A stretch of DNA of 64,000 nt from Eledone cirrhosa (GCA_964016885.1 OZ024754.1:27714001-27778000), one strand, 5' to 3'; shown: positions 29,615 to 44,156, numbered from the stretch's first letter. Program-made: numbers and translations. Notes: generated by a model from the sequence alone, not told the origin.

Positions 29615-29615
<1 letters not shown>
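28615..29615 (+). mobile_element. Non-autonomous Helitron-like element with internal ~170-bp tandem subrepeats
   Basis: Ends GGCAACGCTGGGTACTGCTGCTAG|T (CTRR terminus, degenerate subterminal hairpin); TATATAAAA..(GT)n 5' end; repeated TGTTCAGG.ACGGCGTGGCAGCCGCTTAAATATTC (28941, 29113) and GGCTC.AGCTCC..CCGATTTCG blocks. Confidence 0.65.
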
Positions 29616-29649
<34 letters not shown>

Positions 29650-29694
29650 GAGAGTAAAACAAAGAATCCTTTAATACATCAAAAGTTTTTATTA

Positions 29695-29732
29695 GCCGAC
29701 AGTGTTTCGTCCTATTAAGGACTCATCAAGGC
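29695..29732 (-). ncRNA. Hammerhead ribozyme motif, C3U-mutated copy
   Basis: Minus: GCC-TTGATGA-GTCCT taat AGGAC-GAA-AC act GT-C^GGC. Confidence 0.7.
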
Positions 29733-32071
29733 AATCAAAACAACAAGAAGTAATATCGGCAGATACAAGCCGGAAGCTCCGAAGAATATGGAGTGTACAT
29801 ACACTAAAGTCTTGCAAAAATATATAATAAAAATAAAAATAAAAATAATAAAAATATATAATAAGAATAACTAAGGATGTATATAACATTAAGAACCATA
29901 TTACAAATATAGTCCAAAGCAACTAACCTAAAGCTAAACAAATGTGGTTATATAGAGCAGGAATTATATATAACACAATGTAATATAACATAATACATTA
30001 TAATAATATACCTTTACCAACATTAAAATTACAATTAAAAATCAAAAGGTACAATATATACATGTATATATATATATGTGCGCGCACACACACACACACA
30101 CACACATACAACAATACGCACATCTATGTTCAATTACACCAATTAAGCCTTATTATAAGTTTGAATATAAAAATAAGCATGATAAGAGTGAAAATAATAC
30201 CAATACATCTACCCAATATACATGAGGCAATAATATGATATAATTACAAGAGACACATATAATAAATAATAAACAATAAAATTATATAATTCAATATAAT
30301 ATAATATAATATAATAGATAATCCCCGGTTAATTTACACAAACAATATAGATGTCACAATAATAATATAATGATAATATGTTAACAATGTACTAACATTT
30401 ACAATAAACAATTTATACAAATCGATTTATACTGGGTTACAGAGTAAATGAGGAAAAATAAATTATACAATACTCAGAAAACATTATGATGGTACAGAAA
30501 AAATTATGATGGTACAGAAAAAAATATACAGACATTTTACATATGTAAAGTCTAAATATCATAATGTTACATATAATGAACAGTAAGTAATAAGGATCAA
30601 TATTACAATATTACAAAAATACAGACATCTTACATGATATATAAAGTTTAAATATCATAATGTTACATATAATGAACAGTAAGTAATAAGGATCAATATT
30701 ACAATACAATATAATATAATATATTATATAAAATAAATTGACATAAAATAATATATAAAATAATATATAAATACTTATAATTACAAGGTTAGTAGACAGA
30801 CATATGTGGATGTGTAAGTAAAGCCAGGCAGTGAATAGTAAATAGAGTTTAAAAATATAGAATAAAATAAATAAATATAATCAACCGGAAATTACAAAAT
30901 AAAAACAAATATATACACATTTAGGTCTCAAATGATGATAACAATAAGGTAAAAACTAAGGAAAACAATCACTTTAATTGACTCAAAACCCTATTTGATA
31001 AATTAATATTAAAAATATTCAAACTATCCAATAAGGTAGTATAATATTAGCTGTAGTTTAAGTCATTAAAGTTTATAAACTTTAATGTTTCGTTACAAAT
31101 GTTTACAAAAAGGAATGAAATTTTTTACTATCATATACATAACGATATCTAAAAAAACTGACTTAAGTAGAATTAAGGTAGGCTAATGGGGACAGAATTG
31201 AAGAAATATATGGAGGGTGCAAAGGGGCATAAAATATAGTCGATATACTATAATAAATAATAGAACAGAGCGTAAATATAATCATAGTCAATCTGGAGGG
31301 GTTGATAATAAGTTTATGTGCGCATGGGGGGAGGGGAGGGAAGGGGGGGTTATCCAAAGATGAATCTGAATAAAATTAAAATTAAAAATAAAATTAAAAA
31401 TAAAATTAATAATAAAAATAAAAATAAAGATAATAATAAAATAAAGTAAATGGCGTAAAGTGTGTAATCTTATATATATTAACAAGGTGTAATAGTGAAA
31501 ACATAGATATGGTACAGTAGCCAAATGATTATGAGAGCTAGAATGAAGAGTCACCAAAACCAATGGTAATAATGATGATAACAATAATGTTGGCAAACAA
31601 ATGAACCTAAACTAAAAAATAAGTAATGGAATATATCTGCTAATGGGTACAATTTGTACTACTAGAACGTTTGGGTTTATAATAAAAGTAAGAATTAGAA
31701 ATGGCGTGGGGGCAAGAAGAGAATATCTCAGACTTTCTATTAAGTAAGGATACGCTAGAGAAAATTATAGAGTGTGTCTCAAGGATACAGAGATTACAAA
31801 CTTAGTATGAGTAGGAAGGTGGTTACAGCGTGCTACTAAACGCCAGTTAAGGCTATATGGTATATAAGCTCCCTTAAGATCCCAGATATAATGCGCTAAA
31901 GAAGTAGAATTCTTAAACCTAACATGTTTGAAGTTAGAGATATGAGAGTTAAACCTAGTCTTAAAAGTGTTTGAAGTAGATCCTATATAAGTTCTATTAG
32001 AGGAATTAGTTATAACTTCGCAAGCGTAGACAAGCTTGTATCTGCCGATATTACTTCTTGTTGTTTTGATT

Positions 32072-32109
32072 GCCCTGATGAGTCCTTAATAGGACGAAAC
32101 ACTGTCGGC
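32072..32109 (+). ncRNA. Canonical minimal type I hammerhead ribozyme
   Basis: GCC-CTGATGA-GTCCT taat AGGAC-GAA-AC act GT-C^GGC; perfect core, GUC site after 32106. Confidence 0.92.
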
Positions 32110-32256
32110 TAATAAAAACTTTTGATGTATTAAAGGATTCTTTGTTTTACTCTCTTAATTTTTTGGCTCTGTTTAACTGCATTGAGCTATACCTTTTACT
32201 ATCATTTCTATAATACGAAGAGGGTGTTTAACTCCAACACGCTCCAGTATTTTAAT

Positions 32257-32314
<58 letters not shown>

Positions 32315-32316
<2 letters not shown>

Positions 32317-32506
32317 CAAAGGAATTGTGGTAAGGAACCAGATGGACCATAACGCACCAGAGTACTCAATACTTAGGGTAGTAGAGTGGGAAATAGGAAA
32401 AAGTATGACCCCGACGGCAGAGCTCAAGCCGGTTCGACGGCTATTTCTCGACTGAAATAGCCGTCGAAACGGCTTGAGCTCTGCCGTCGGGGTCATACTT
32501 TTTCCT
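32315..32506. mobile_element. Fold-back element family A, copy 3
   Basis: Same family sequence; palindrome centred ~32450; in (TA)n. Confidence 0.85.
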
Positions 32507-32759
32507 GTATATATATATATAAGAAAATAAGTCCATAGAATCATTTGATAAAATATGTACAGTATTTCTTCTCCCAATCAGCATAATCAACCACACAAAA
32601 AATCAATTAAACGAGGCTATAAGTTTAAAATGTACCTATGAAGAAACAATAGATAAATAAATGATAGCTATTTTATCCACGATCCACAGCCACAGAAGAT
32701 TTACCTAGTATTTCTAATAGCCCGTAGAAATTGACGGTTATTTCTGGTGGTGAGGCTGG

Positions 32760-33900
32760 TTTTATATTTGTTGGGGAGTAGTCTACGTCCATGTGGTGTT
32801 GATGTGATCTTCAATCTGGGAGGCAGCAATGTCTGTCACTTCTGTATATAGTTCACCGTTGTTAAGGTGCTCATATGCCAAGCTGTTGTATGTGTCTCTC
32901 GAGATGATGCAGAATCGTTTCCCTTTGTTGGAAGGGAGGTATACGTGGTATTGTCTCGCATGTTGTTTACAATGAGGTGTTCTTTCCTGGAGAGGTTAGG
33001 GAGTATTTTTCAGTAATATGTTAAAAATAGACTGCTTAAGTCTAGAGAGTTAGAAGTCAAGCTCTCGTTTGTTAGGCGGTGGAGAGAGTGTTGTCTAAGA
33101 GGTGTATAGGAAATTTACTGTAGGTCATCGCAGTAGTAGTGTTTATCACTGAGAGCCATTTGAGTTGGTAGGCAGCTCGGCAAAAGCTGGCTTCAAGATT
33201 TAGTTTGATCTTGTCGTATAGTCGCTGAGTTAATAGAAATTTTGGGTCAAGGCTGAGGAGTTTAAGTTCTTCGTGTGATAGCAATCCTGTCAAGTCTGTG
33301 ACGAGAGTTGTGGTATTGTTTGAAGTATCAGCGAACTCAGTGGTGGTAGTTCCTTGACTGTCTCTGTTGTTGTAGTGTGAAGAATTGTTGTTCCAGTGGT
33401 GTTTCTTGCAAAACCATGGGAATTTTCGTTTCAGGCGTTTCTTTTCGAGGTTGAGGTGGCTGTGATAACATTAATTTATAGCAGCGGTTGTTTTCTGGAG
33501 CAGTGACTCTGGAGTTACAATTAGTTTTGGAAGTGTGTCAGTGATTTTTTTGTATGCGTTGCTGGAGTTGGCAGTGTAAGTGTTGTATGATTTTCTTGAT
33601 GCAGAATTTGTCTAAGTAGTCTAGTGGCTGACTGATGTTGGGTAAGTAAAAGCATGTTGGCAAATGTATGTTCTTGATTGTCTTAGATATTATATTGTTT
33701 TTGAGGCAACGTTTTAGAAAGTTTATTTGGCAGCCGACATTGGCACGTTTCACTGATAGTTTGAATAGTTCCTTAGTAGTTGCAAACTGGACCTGGCTCA
33801 GGCACAGGGATAACAAAATAGTGTAGTTTGCTTGAAGCATTGTATATAAAATATAACGTTGAAAGAGATAGAAGGCTAAACAATGCAAAATGGATTGTAA
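32760..33900 (-). pseudogene. Decayed N-terminal region of a PLE ORF
   Basis: FLKRCL..I..K, LLSLDPKF (LGPKF-like) and LPSNKGKRFCII (ADKG-like) motifs in broken frames; GTAGTTTGCTTGAAGCATT shared with ~62379. Confidence 0.65.
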
Positions 33901-34057
33901 GATGAGGTAACGAAAAGTAAAAGAGAGTTACCTAGTAATCTTTGTTGTTGTTTTTTATCTGTCCAATATTCCGGGACCTGAAAGTCCCTTCTTCGGGGTT
34001 TAATGAATTTTCAGTGGATAATGTTCCAATTTCCTCTCTTTGGGATAACATTTTGAT

Positions 34058-34144
<87 letters not shown>

Positions 34145-34228
34145 ATGTATATGCATTTATGTACATATATATGCATAAGTATATATATGTATATATATAT
34201 ATATGTATATATATATGCACATATATAC

Positions 34229-34265
<37 letters not shown>

Positions 34266-35837
34266 AGTACGTTTGTGTACACAAACTAATTTGATTCACT
34301 GTAATCCTATTGTATTCATGTGACTTAGTTTCCTCTACTAATATCAAGCTAACTGAAACGACTTTGATTTCAACAATAAAACCGTGTTGCCTGACTCAAA
34401 ACATGTCTTTCATTTAATTCGTAACATATCATGGCTTTGAAATAAGAAATTCTTTCATATTGAAGGCAAGCTGTGGAATCCACTATTCTCTTGCTAAATA
34501 CAGACCTGGCATGATCCTATCTTCATTCTGGTGTTATCAATTCTTTGAATATTTCGTCGTGACAGTGACAGTCACCTTTATTGTCTAATTTCTGTAACTA
34601 CCGTTTCAATTCTTAAACAAAATAGGTTGCAGCCGTGGCTTATTTATTACGATGCTATAGTAATTATTATTATGAATTCATCTGGAAAATGATCTTCCGG
34701 CTAGTACGACTCAATTCAATACATCTTACGTGTAGTGAGACAAGTTAAAAGAATATATTTTTTAAATTCCAGAGTTATTTTCCACACAACATAATCAGTT
34801 AATCTGCAAAGCCAACATAGAAACTACTATGCGGATATTCAATTTTCTAGCAATAGCAGTCAAAGAAACGGAAAAGAAAAGGTGATGACCGTCAGATTAA
34901 ACAAAGTAAACAATGTTTCCATCGGTGTTTGCATTGTTGATACTATATGCCGATTGGAACTCCTGGCATCAGGTTTAGCAGAAAATAAAGAATGACTGAA
35001 GCGAACGGCAGAAGGCGAGGTGAGCAGGGCAGGGCCCAGTGAAGCCGAAAGACAACTGGAACTTGTACGTTCTATCTTCTAGTAGACAAAAAGAGAAGCA
35101 AAATTCTTCTTCTTCTTCTAGGACTTCTGATATTTTTTGCATTAGCCCCTAAAGTACTACCGAGGATCACCAAGGGGCGCACTTGCCATCAGGCAAGCTG
35201 ACAACCTGGCCAGTCCACCTTTGTATACAACCTGTATACCTCCGTAAATAAGTCGTTGTCATTACGATTTAAATTCGTTTGAAAGAAAATTAAAAATATA
35301 TATTGTAAAGGGAATTTTGTACAAATACTAAATGAAGATTAAACGCTTGAAAAAAATCAAGATGCACACAATATCTTTTTAACAGCATTATTCACGTTGA
35401 CTAATAATTAGAATAAATTTATTTTACTATGATTTTCCTAAGCTATTGAAATCAATAAATTTGTCTGCATTTAATGGCAAGATGACCAACGTTTGATAAA
35501 AAGAAACATGAATATGTAGAGGCAATGAGATTCTGCTGACGTAAATCTATGAATAAAGAAGAGAATAATTTTTAACGTTTAGAATAGCAATGTAATCTTT
35601 AATATTCTATATATGATATTGTAATATAGTTATAATAGAATTCAGCTGCTACTCAATTTTGGTAGCTTATATTTACATACAATGGCAGTTGTGTGAAGAA
35701 TTGCATGAATATGCAATACATATTCCATCCATCTGCCAAGCGTACAAACGAGAAGCAAAAAACAAATAGACGTTGACGTAAACACATGCACCATAAACGC
35801 ATGCATGCACACACACACACACACATACACACACACA

Positions 35838-37950
35838 TATATATATATAGTAATAATAATAAAATTGAAGACTAAAATCCAAAGAGGGCTCGATAAGGAA
35901 AATATATATCAAATATATAAGAACCGTAGAGCAAATATTTATTAAAATAACAGATTAAAGTTTAAGCAAAGAATCGCGATCTTCTGAAGTTTAAGCAAAG
36001 AATCGGGATCTTCTGAAACTATCAAAGTCAATCTGTAAACGCAGAACTGGATATTTCAAAAAACGTTGCAACCGGAGGAAGACAGGAAGACGATACTTTG
36101 GTTCGTGGTAACGTTCGCTGGCAAAGAACGGGAAAAAACGAATAATACGTCATTAATAGGAGCGGTGAAAAACAATTACGCGCAAAGACAAAACCACTTT
36201 TATGGTATAAAAGAGGTCGTAGACTAATGTTCTCTTAGGTGGTGTATAGAGACGTTCTCTGGCATTGAACGAAAAAACGAAGATAATAAGTCATATGTGG
36301 AGCGTGGAGAACAATAGCACGCAAAGACAAAACCACGTAAATGGTATAGCAGAAATCGTAGACTAAAATTCTAACTAGGAGACCAAATGAATCTCCGCTA
36401 CAGAGTAAATAAATACAATACAGAAGTAATAGAAACAAATAAATACATACACGCAAACAGATACATACATACATAAGCATACGCAAAACCTTACCATGGG
36501 TATACAAAACCACGCACATATAAATATGTGTGTGTGTGTATGCTTGGGTACAAATAATAAATAATTATATAAACGTATATAAGTAAATAAATACGTATAT
36601 AACAAGCGCACACGAATACCTACATATAAATACACGAATGTTCGGAGACGTAAGTCAACTAAAACAAGAAGTACACATATACACACACCCACCATACGTA
36701 CGAACCTGCACACTCACGCGGACGCAAAACTCCTGTATACACATAGCCAAACCCTAAATACCAGAATTTGTAAAAATTATACGTTATAACAGTCAAATAT
36801 ACGTACGAGAAGGTATACATACCTTCACAAAACATACGGGTAATATATACTTACCTATGCAAATAAGTAAAGGAATAAACAAAACATATACTTAGCTCCC
36901 ACATCAAGACGTAGAATATCCACGTATAGATCGTGCTATCCGTTAGGGTATAACGTGGGGCTGTAATACAGGAAAGTTTTGTGCAATTTATGTTTACAAG
37001 CCGAAATTGCCTCATATTTTTTGTTTAAGATGTGGTCTGTAGCGTAGAGTATTTCCAGGGCCTCAGCAGCGCAGAGGTCACATGGTCTTTTATTTCCGTT
37101 ATACGATCTAGCCCTAGCTAGGATCTCCCAGTGTAACTAATATTGGGTGTGGTTGTCTTTTAGACTCCAGATATAAGCTGAAAGTGACGTCATATTCCTT
37201 CTTAGAGGGTAACGAAAAGAATGGGTATGCATGTAAAGACGCTGCTTGAAACTATTGGCGGTTAACCCTATGTAGGCCCTACGGGACGTGGGTGTTACAA
37301 CCTTACATTTGTAGACAATGTTACGAGAGAGGCATTTCCCGGATAGGGGGCAATCAGCCTGATTCCTACAATTACAGTTAGTACTAACTACAGGGTTGCA
37401 CGTGTTCCTACGGCTAGGTAGTTTAGCTAAATTTGAAGCTGTGATGTTATGTGCAAGGTTAGGAGTCGTAGAGTAAGAAATTTTAATAGTATTTCTATTA
37501 AAAAATTTTACTATATTTATGTGTAGGGGGAAATTGCTTCGTAATAAGGGAAAGAAAGATCTTAGCCGTGGTTTTGTCTTTGCGTGCTATTGTTCTCCAC
37601 GCTCCACATATGACTTATTATCTTCGTTTTTTCGTTCAATGCCAGAGAACGTCTCTATGCACCACCTAAGAGAACATTAGTCTACGACCTCTTTTATACC
37701 ATAAACGTGGTTTTGTCTTTGCGCGTAATTGTTTTTCACCGCTCCTATTAATGACGTATTATTCGTTTTTCCCGTTCTTTGCCAGCGAACGTTACCACGA
37801 ACCAAAGTATCGTCTTCCTGTCTTCCTCCGGTTGCAACGTTTTTTGAAATATCCAGTTCTGCGTTTACAGATTGACATTTTTAGTTTCAGAAGATCCCGT
37901 TAAGGGTGAAAGCAGCGATTCTTTGCTTAAACTTTAATCTGTTATTTTAA

Positions 37951-37981
<31 letters not shown>

Positions 37982-38076
37982 TATTTTAATAAATATTTGC
38001 TCTACGGTTCTTATATATTTGATATATATTTACCTTATCGAGCCCTTTGGATTTTAGTCTTCAAATTTATTATTAT

Positions 38077-38080
<4 letters not shown>
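35838..38080 (-). mobile_element. 5'-truncated PLE, same family as 1600-4495, with ~500-bp inverted pseudo-LTR
   Basis: 36890-37565 homologous to the GIY-YIG region 2670-3245; ~35838-36337 inverted at ~37567-38080. Confidence 0.88.
37883..37933 (+). ncRNA. Hammerhead ribozyme motif, CAGAAGA core variant
   Basis: AGTTT-CAGAAGA-T CCC GTTAA GGG T-GAA-AGCA gcgattctt TGCT-T^AAACT. Confidence 0.7.
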
Positions 38081-38154
<74 letters not shown>

Positions 38155-38159
38155 ATATT

Positions 38160-40400
38160 TGTTTTGTAAGTTTTTTTATATGAAATCGTGTGTTGAAACA
38201 ATGAAGCAAATATTGTTACATTTGGGGAGGGTCATATTAATATAATATTGCCAGAAATAATAATAAAACACACTCACTGTTTGGTTTGGATTGGTTTTCG
38301 CTTCTGTATCTTTTATATCGCTATAGTTAATTTATAGCCACACATTTTCCCACAGCAAAATCATTGTCAATGGGAGGGTACAGGGATATTACATCCAGAC
38401 TGTTTATTATGCAGTTTGTTAAGTTTTCGTTGCTATTGATTCTACTGAGGAGGTCCTTTGTGCTGTCATATACATCTGGAGACATATTAATAATGGGGCG
38501 TATAATCATAGAGAGGAAGTAGGAGATCTGTAGTTACTGGCAATATTAGTTCCACATACAGGTCTTGTTGGTGGTCCTGTCATAGGGTTGTTAGTTGTTT
38601 TATGGTCTTCGTGGACTCGATAGAAGGGTAGTATGTCATTGTTAGAGGCTTGGAAATTATTGGCTGTACGTCTGCTTGGTCTTAGGATGTCGGTCCACAT
38701 CATCATGTGAGCATTGAGGATATTTTCTCTGTTTGTAAAGTTTGTTAATTTTTTTATATGTTATTATTTACATATTAATCGTTAACATATGTAATTCTTT
38801 ATATATTAATCGTTTTAGGCGCTCGGCGTGTTTTTTGTTTAGTGGTAAATTATCTATTTTGTTTGAGATGTGTGTCGTGTATATTTTGAAGGAAACGCAG
38901 TGTTTTAAGAAGCGAATTTGTTCTGTATCTTTCGATAACCTTTCAGCCTGGCATAAGCTAGTGCCGTGACGGCGAAGAATTTGTTTTGCAAGGTTTTTGA
39001 TTTAAAATAGTCTGTTGAAACAAATATTGTTATATTTGGGGAGGTTCATATTGTTATAATATTGCCAGAATTAATAATAAAACACACTCACTGTTCGGTT
39101 TGGTTTGGTTTTCGGTTCTGTATCTTTTATATCTTTATAGTTAATTTATCTGGTAATCAATGTTTATCATTGATTGACCAACGGTTAAAAATATAAATAT
39201 AAATATAGTCTATGAAAGTTATTTCGTTACACACCTGTGACATCATCAGTAGTACTATTATGTTTCCTAGCATTGTATTGTTATGTTTATGCCATTTTTA
39301 TTTATTTATTTATTCTTGTCTCTGTCTCTGTTTGAGCATGCGTTTGCGAGTGTGTTTTCTGTTTGGTGTGTGTGTTCGTGTATGAGTCTATGTGTTTGTA
39401 TTCTATCTTTGTTCACTAGAGTGTGTGTATGTGTGGTTGTTGTTATTGTACCTGTGTATATTTATTTATTTATATTTACCTTAGGGCAGTATTGTGTTTG
39501 TGCATAGTTGTTGTTGTTATTCCATTCATTGTTTCTGTTCAACTTTGGTTTTCTTAGTTCTATTTCAGTTGTTTCTCTGATTTGTCTACCTGTCGAGTCA
39601 TTTCTGTGTTTAGATATTATTTTAATTTCTGTTATCTATATTACCATCATGTCTTTGCCTGGCATGTTCGTATAGTACCGAACCGTCTTTTTGTCCTTTT
39701 AGTTCCCCCAGGTTTTGGTCTATTCCTTCTCCTATGTTTCGAGCTGTCACACCTATGTATGTCGTTGTTATGTTTCTGCAAGTACCCTCTGTACATCTTA
39801 TGCTGTAGCCTACATTTCTAGTTTTACAATTTATTTTAGGATTTATTCTAGATATAACACATTACTTATTCGTACAGTGGGTTTTCTTAAAAGGGTGTGT
39901 TTTGCTGATCAGGGATTTTATTGTAGTTACTGGCTTTTCTACCACTTTAATCTTTAGATGGATATTTCTTAGGGCCTTCTGCATTGGTTAGCTAATTTCC
40001 CTCAAGGGGTAGCATCCACGAACATGACACTCTGGTATTTCTGTTTGTCGTACCATGAAGTGGCATTCCCTATCTTACGTTTAGTCCTATCTAAGCTATT
40101 CCATGATTTTCTCCTGTATGATGGGCAAATTCCTTTCATGGCCATTTCTATGAGGGTCTTATATTTCTCCGTGTCTCCTTTGTATACTCTGATTCTGTCT
40201 CTTTGGTTGTAGCCAGAGAACTGCATGTGATTGATGAAATGTTGGATATTTCTTTCCATCTCAGTTTGGTCGCACACGCGGGACACATTCTTCATCACAC
40301 CAAGTCTGCGATCCGAATATTAAACTTAGCACTATTGGACATTGCTGAGCTTTTGAGTATAAGGTATTTGGAGGTCATGGGTTTAGTATAATGCTAAACC
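38160..40400 (-). mobile_element. Tandem fragments of a decayed PLE family (RT, GIY-YIG, pseudo-LTRs)
   Basis: GPPTRPVCG and SLDVISLYP (38327-38706); thumb region QFSGY (40002-40298); TYIGVTARNIGE near 39715-39770; pseudo-LTR tail repeated at 38160-38335 and 38985-39150. Confidence 0.8.
39210..39252 (-). ncRNA. Hammerhead ribozyme motif (slightly decayed)
   Basis: Minus: CTA-CTGATGA-T-GTCACA ggtg TGTAAC-GAAA-TAACTTTCA-TAG. Confidence 0.6.
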
Positions 40401-40764
40401 CATGGCCTCCAAATACCTTTCTTCATGCTCTTATGGTGTTACCTTTCTTGGGTTGATGATGTGGGGCTCTATTGCCAGGATGTAGTTTGGCAGGCTGTCA
40501 ACTGACATTCTCCCAGACTTGTCTGTTGGAAAGCACACAATCTCTCCATTTCGTGAGCGCTGCATGAGCTTACACAAGCCACTTGCAGATTATCCCCCCG
40601 AGTATTCTGTTTCCTGCTATGCTGTTCTAGAATCTTTTCAAGTTTAGTTCTGGCTATTGTAACTTGTGCTTATGTTTGGTCTTCAGCTTGTGACGGTAAA
40701 CCAGATCGCTTGGTAATCCAAAGCGTCATAGAGTAAATGCGTTGCATGTCGAAGGACTTATCAA

Positions 40765-42371
40765 ATGGGTCATAGTAGATGGAATTCTAGGGTGTTTTCT
40801 TTACTATGTTTTTATTTTCAATTGTGTATAAAACTAACCCTTAAGGAACATATGTTCAAGTTAAACGGCAAAACATATGCCCAAGAGGAGGGGACAGCCA
40901 TTGGCGTTAGCGCTTTAGGTGACATACCTAACCTATTTATGGTATGGTGGGACATAAGTCTTAAGGATCAATTAGACGACAATTTTATATCCCTAACTAT
41001 GTACTCCCGCTACGTAGACGATATAAATATCGTAGTTAAAACACCCCACAGGAGAACAGTCAGGAATTAGAGAAGAACACCATGAAAAGCATCCAGCAAA
41101 TAGCTAACTCCATCCACCAGCGTATTAAAGTTACTATAGACTACCCAATTAAACACCTCAACCATAGATTACCCGTACTAGACACAGAACTCTAGTTGGA
41201 AACTATTAATAATAGAACGCAAACCCTCCATTCACATTATGCTAAACCCATGACCTCCAAATACCTGATCCACTGAAACTCAGCTGTTTCGGACCACATA
41301 AAAATCAACATACTGATTGCGACTTAGTAAGAGTGATTAGGAACGTGTCTCGCATGTGGAACCTCAAATAATTAGAGACACATACAACACTTCATCCACC
41401 GCATACAGTTCTCTGGCTATAATCAGAGAGACAAGACGAGGGTGTATAAAGGAACCAAATGGGCAAAGATTGTAGACAATGATGCAAATGCGACATGCCC
41501 CATGTGGAACAGAATAGAAAGAATTAGGAACAGAATAGAAAGAATTAGGAATAAGGCAAATAAAAGAAACTCATGGTATGATAGCAATAAATACCAGTTG
41601 AAAGACCAGGTATTCCCATAAAAACCCTAATTTGTAAAACATACCCATTTCAAACATCCCCCAGTGCTGATAGGAAGTCCATAGTCTGCAAGCTAAGCCC
41701 GCAAACTAACTGCAAAACTAGGAACGTGGTATATAGCATAAGATGTTAAGATGTACAGAGGGACAGTGTAGGAATAAGAATATAACATACATAGGTGAAA
41801 CAGCCCGTAGTATAGGAGAAAGGATAAGTGAACACTGGCGAGAACTCCAGGATGGGAAAATCTCATCACTACTCCACCAACATGCCAAAATAGAACATAG
41901 GGGCATATTAGAGAACATAGAAATAAAAATGATATCCATACACAAAAACGATGCAATGCTCAGACAAATCACAGAGGTGACAAACATAAACGAACTCCAA
42001 CCAAAATTAAATAGAAAACATGAGTGGAATAGCAACATCACAACTAGTAATTAAGGATAAAATGAAGATATACAGACACAAAACAAAAAGCAAACTAACA
42101 AAACAAATCAGACACACACAGATAGAACAAACAACTAACTAATGACGAGTAAATAAACACATAAATAAATAAACACAAACATCCGGATGTAACGCATGCG
42201 CAGACTAAGCACACAACGCGCAACACACAAAAACAAGATGGTGTAGGACAGAACAAATTAGAGACAAAATAAAAACCAAGTCACTGAGGAGGTCACAGGA
42301 TGTGTATAACAATATCTGTTTCCACACACGTTTTCAGATGAGGAATCTTGCAAAACAAATTCAAAAACGAA

Positions 42372-42372
<1 letters not shown>
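40765..42372 (+). mobile_element. 5'-truncated decayed PLE (RT + GIY-YIG), opposite orientation to 38160-40400
   Basis: EEGTAIG..RYVDDI (40765-41070); C..C..YIGETARSIGERISEH..HQH..EH..LN.K.E (41743-42054); broken HHR CTGAGGAGGTCACA near 42284. Confidence 0.88.
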
Positions 42373-42402
<30 letters not shown>

Positions 42403-42671
42403 GATTGGAGTGTTGAGTGAGTTGAAATGCTTAGAAAATGGAGACAATCTATCTCGAACCCTAGAAATAACTGTAATGACAACAGTTGATTGCAATGAAT
42501 GAATTATAGCTTAAAACATCGCGAAAATTACCCCCTGAAGACGGAGAAAATGGTTATTATAATTATTTCTTGATTTTTATATCGCTAAAATGTGAGATGC
42601 TTTAGTAGAATAAAGATTTTGTGGTGGCCTTGGAGATTCTACGAGGATGTCATGTATTTTGTAATTTTAAA

Positions 42672-42784
42672 CAGTTTTTCTGATGATTTGGTTAAGCATA
42701 CATTGTATTTAAAATTTAGTGACACAAATTCAAGTGATTAGCAATTTTTAGACAACTTAATCAATGAAACAATTGTTAATACTG
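42672..42784 (+). ncRNA. Hammerhead ribozyme motif with long stem II loop (family of 20138-20241)
   Basis: CAGTTTTT-CTGATGA-T TTGGTTAAG ...~59 nt... CTTAATCAA T-GAA-A CAATTG T-T^AATACTG. Confidence 0.75.
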
Positions 42785-42843
42785 TAAATAAAACCCTTTT
42801 TGTACTGTTGACCATGTTATTCTTCTCACTATCACTATATATA

Positions 42844-42989
<146 letters not shown>

Positions 42990-43030
42990 GTGTGTGGGTG
43001 TGTTTATGTTTATATGTATCTGTATATTTA

Positions 43031-43412
<382 letters not shown>

Positions 43413-44156
43413 CTGTGTGTGTGTAAGAGAGAGAGAGTGGCTGTGTGTGTGTGTATGCGACTGTATATACACCTATGTATGTAGTTGTTATCAGTATTAA
43501 TATTACAATTATTATTATTACATTACCACTATCATTTAAGAATGATAAAAACTTCTATTCCTTTTTTTGTTGCACTAATATTAATGCTGTTATTTTCAAT
43601 TCTGAAATGGGATTCGAAATATGTGGACGAAAATCAAAAACATTGCTTAATTTAGAAATAAGTTCGATTCAAATTTCAAGATTATGATAATTCTAATAAT
43701 TCATTTATTTATTATATTTCTTGTTATACGCCAATAATCAATAATCTTAACGTCTTTAAATAGTTAGTGTGGTGAGAACGTTATGTTAAATCCTGCATGG
43801 AATCTTAAATTGGATAACAGTATTTTTTCAAAACTGTTTTAAATTCGTACAGAAATGAAGGAAAAAATCAAATTAGAACTAAATTCTTACCTTACGTGCC
43901 ATATTGAATCATAGCGTGTTGTCTTCAAATAATTGAGGAATAAATATTAGAGTAAGGCACGTTATATTTCTATCTGTTTGAGATGGCAATGCAATGAATT
44001 GTGAGTCATTATTTCTCATGTAGTTTCGTTATTAAAATCTAAACATGTGTAGACTGTGTTTCTATAAGATTGAACATTGCTAAGTACTTAAGAAAATATA
44101 TACGTATATATTCTTACTAGATTTGCTCCGCGTATACATTATGTATGTATATATAT

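Larger units (their letters stand above)
29646..32240 (-). mobile_element. 5'-truncated PLE (GIY-YIG remnant) with inverted pseudo-LTR and two HHR copies
   Basis: Minus ~31780-32030 reads VYACEVITNSSNRTYIGSTSNTFKTRFNSH..SLAHYIWDLK; 29646-29770 inverted at 32034-32158; (TA)n flanks. Confidence 0.85.

Noticed and set aside
33955-34002. HHR-like hairpin on minus (CCGAAGA-A-GGGAC..GTCCC-GGAA)
   Set aside because: Both core boxes are altered and no stem I is evident; possibly a decayed HHR but unsupported.
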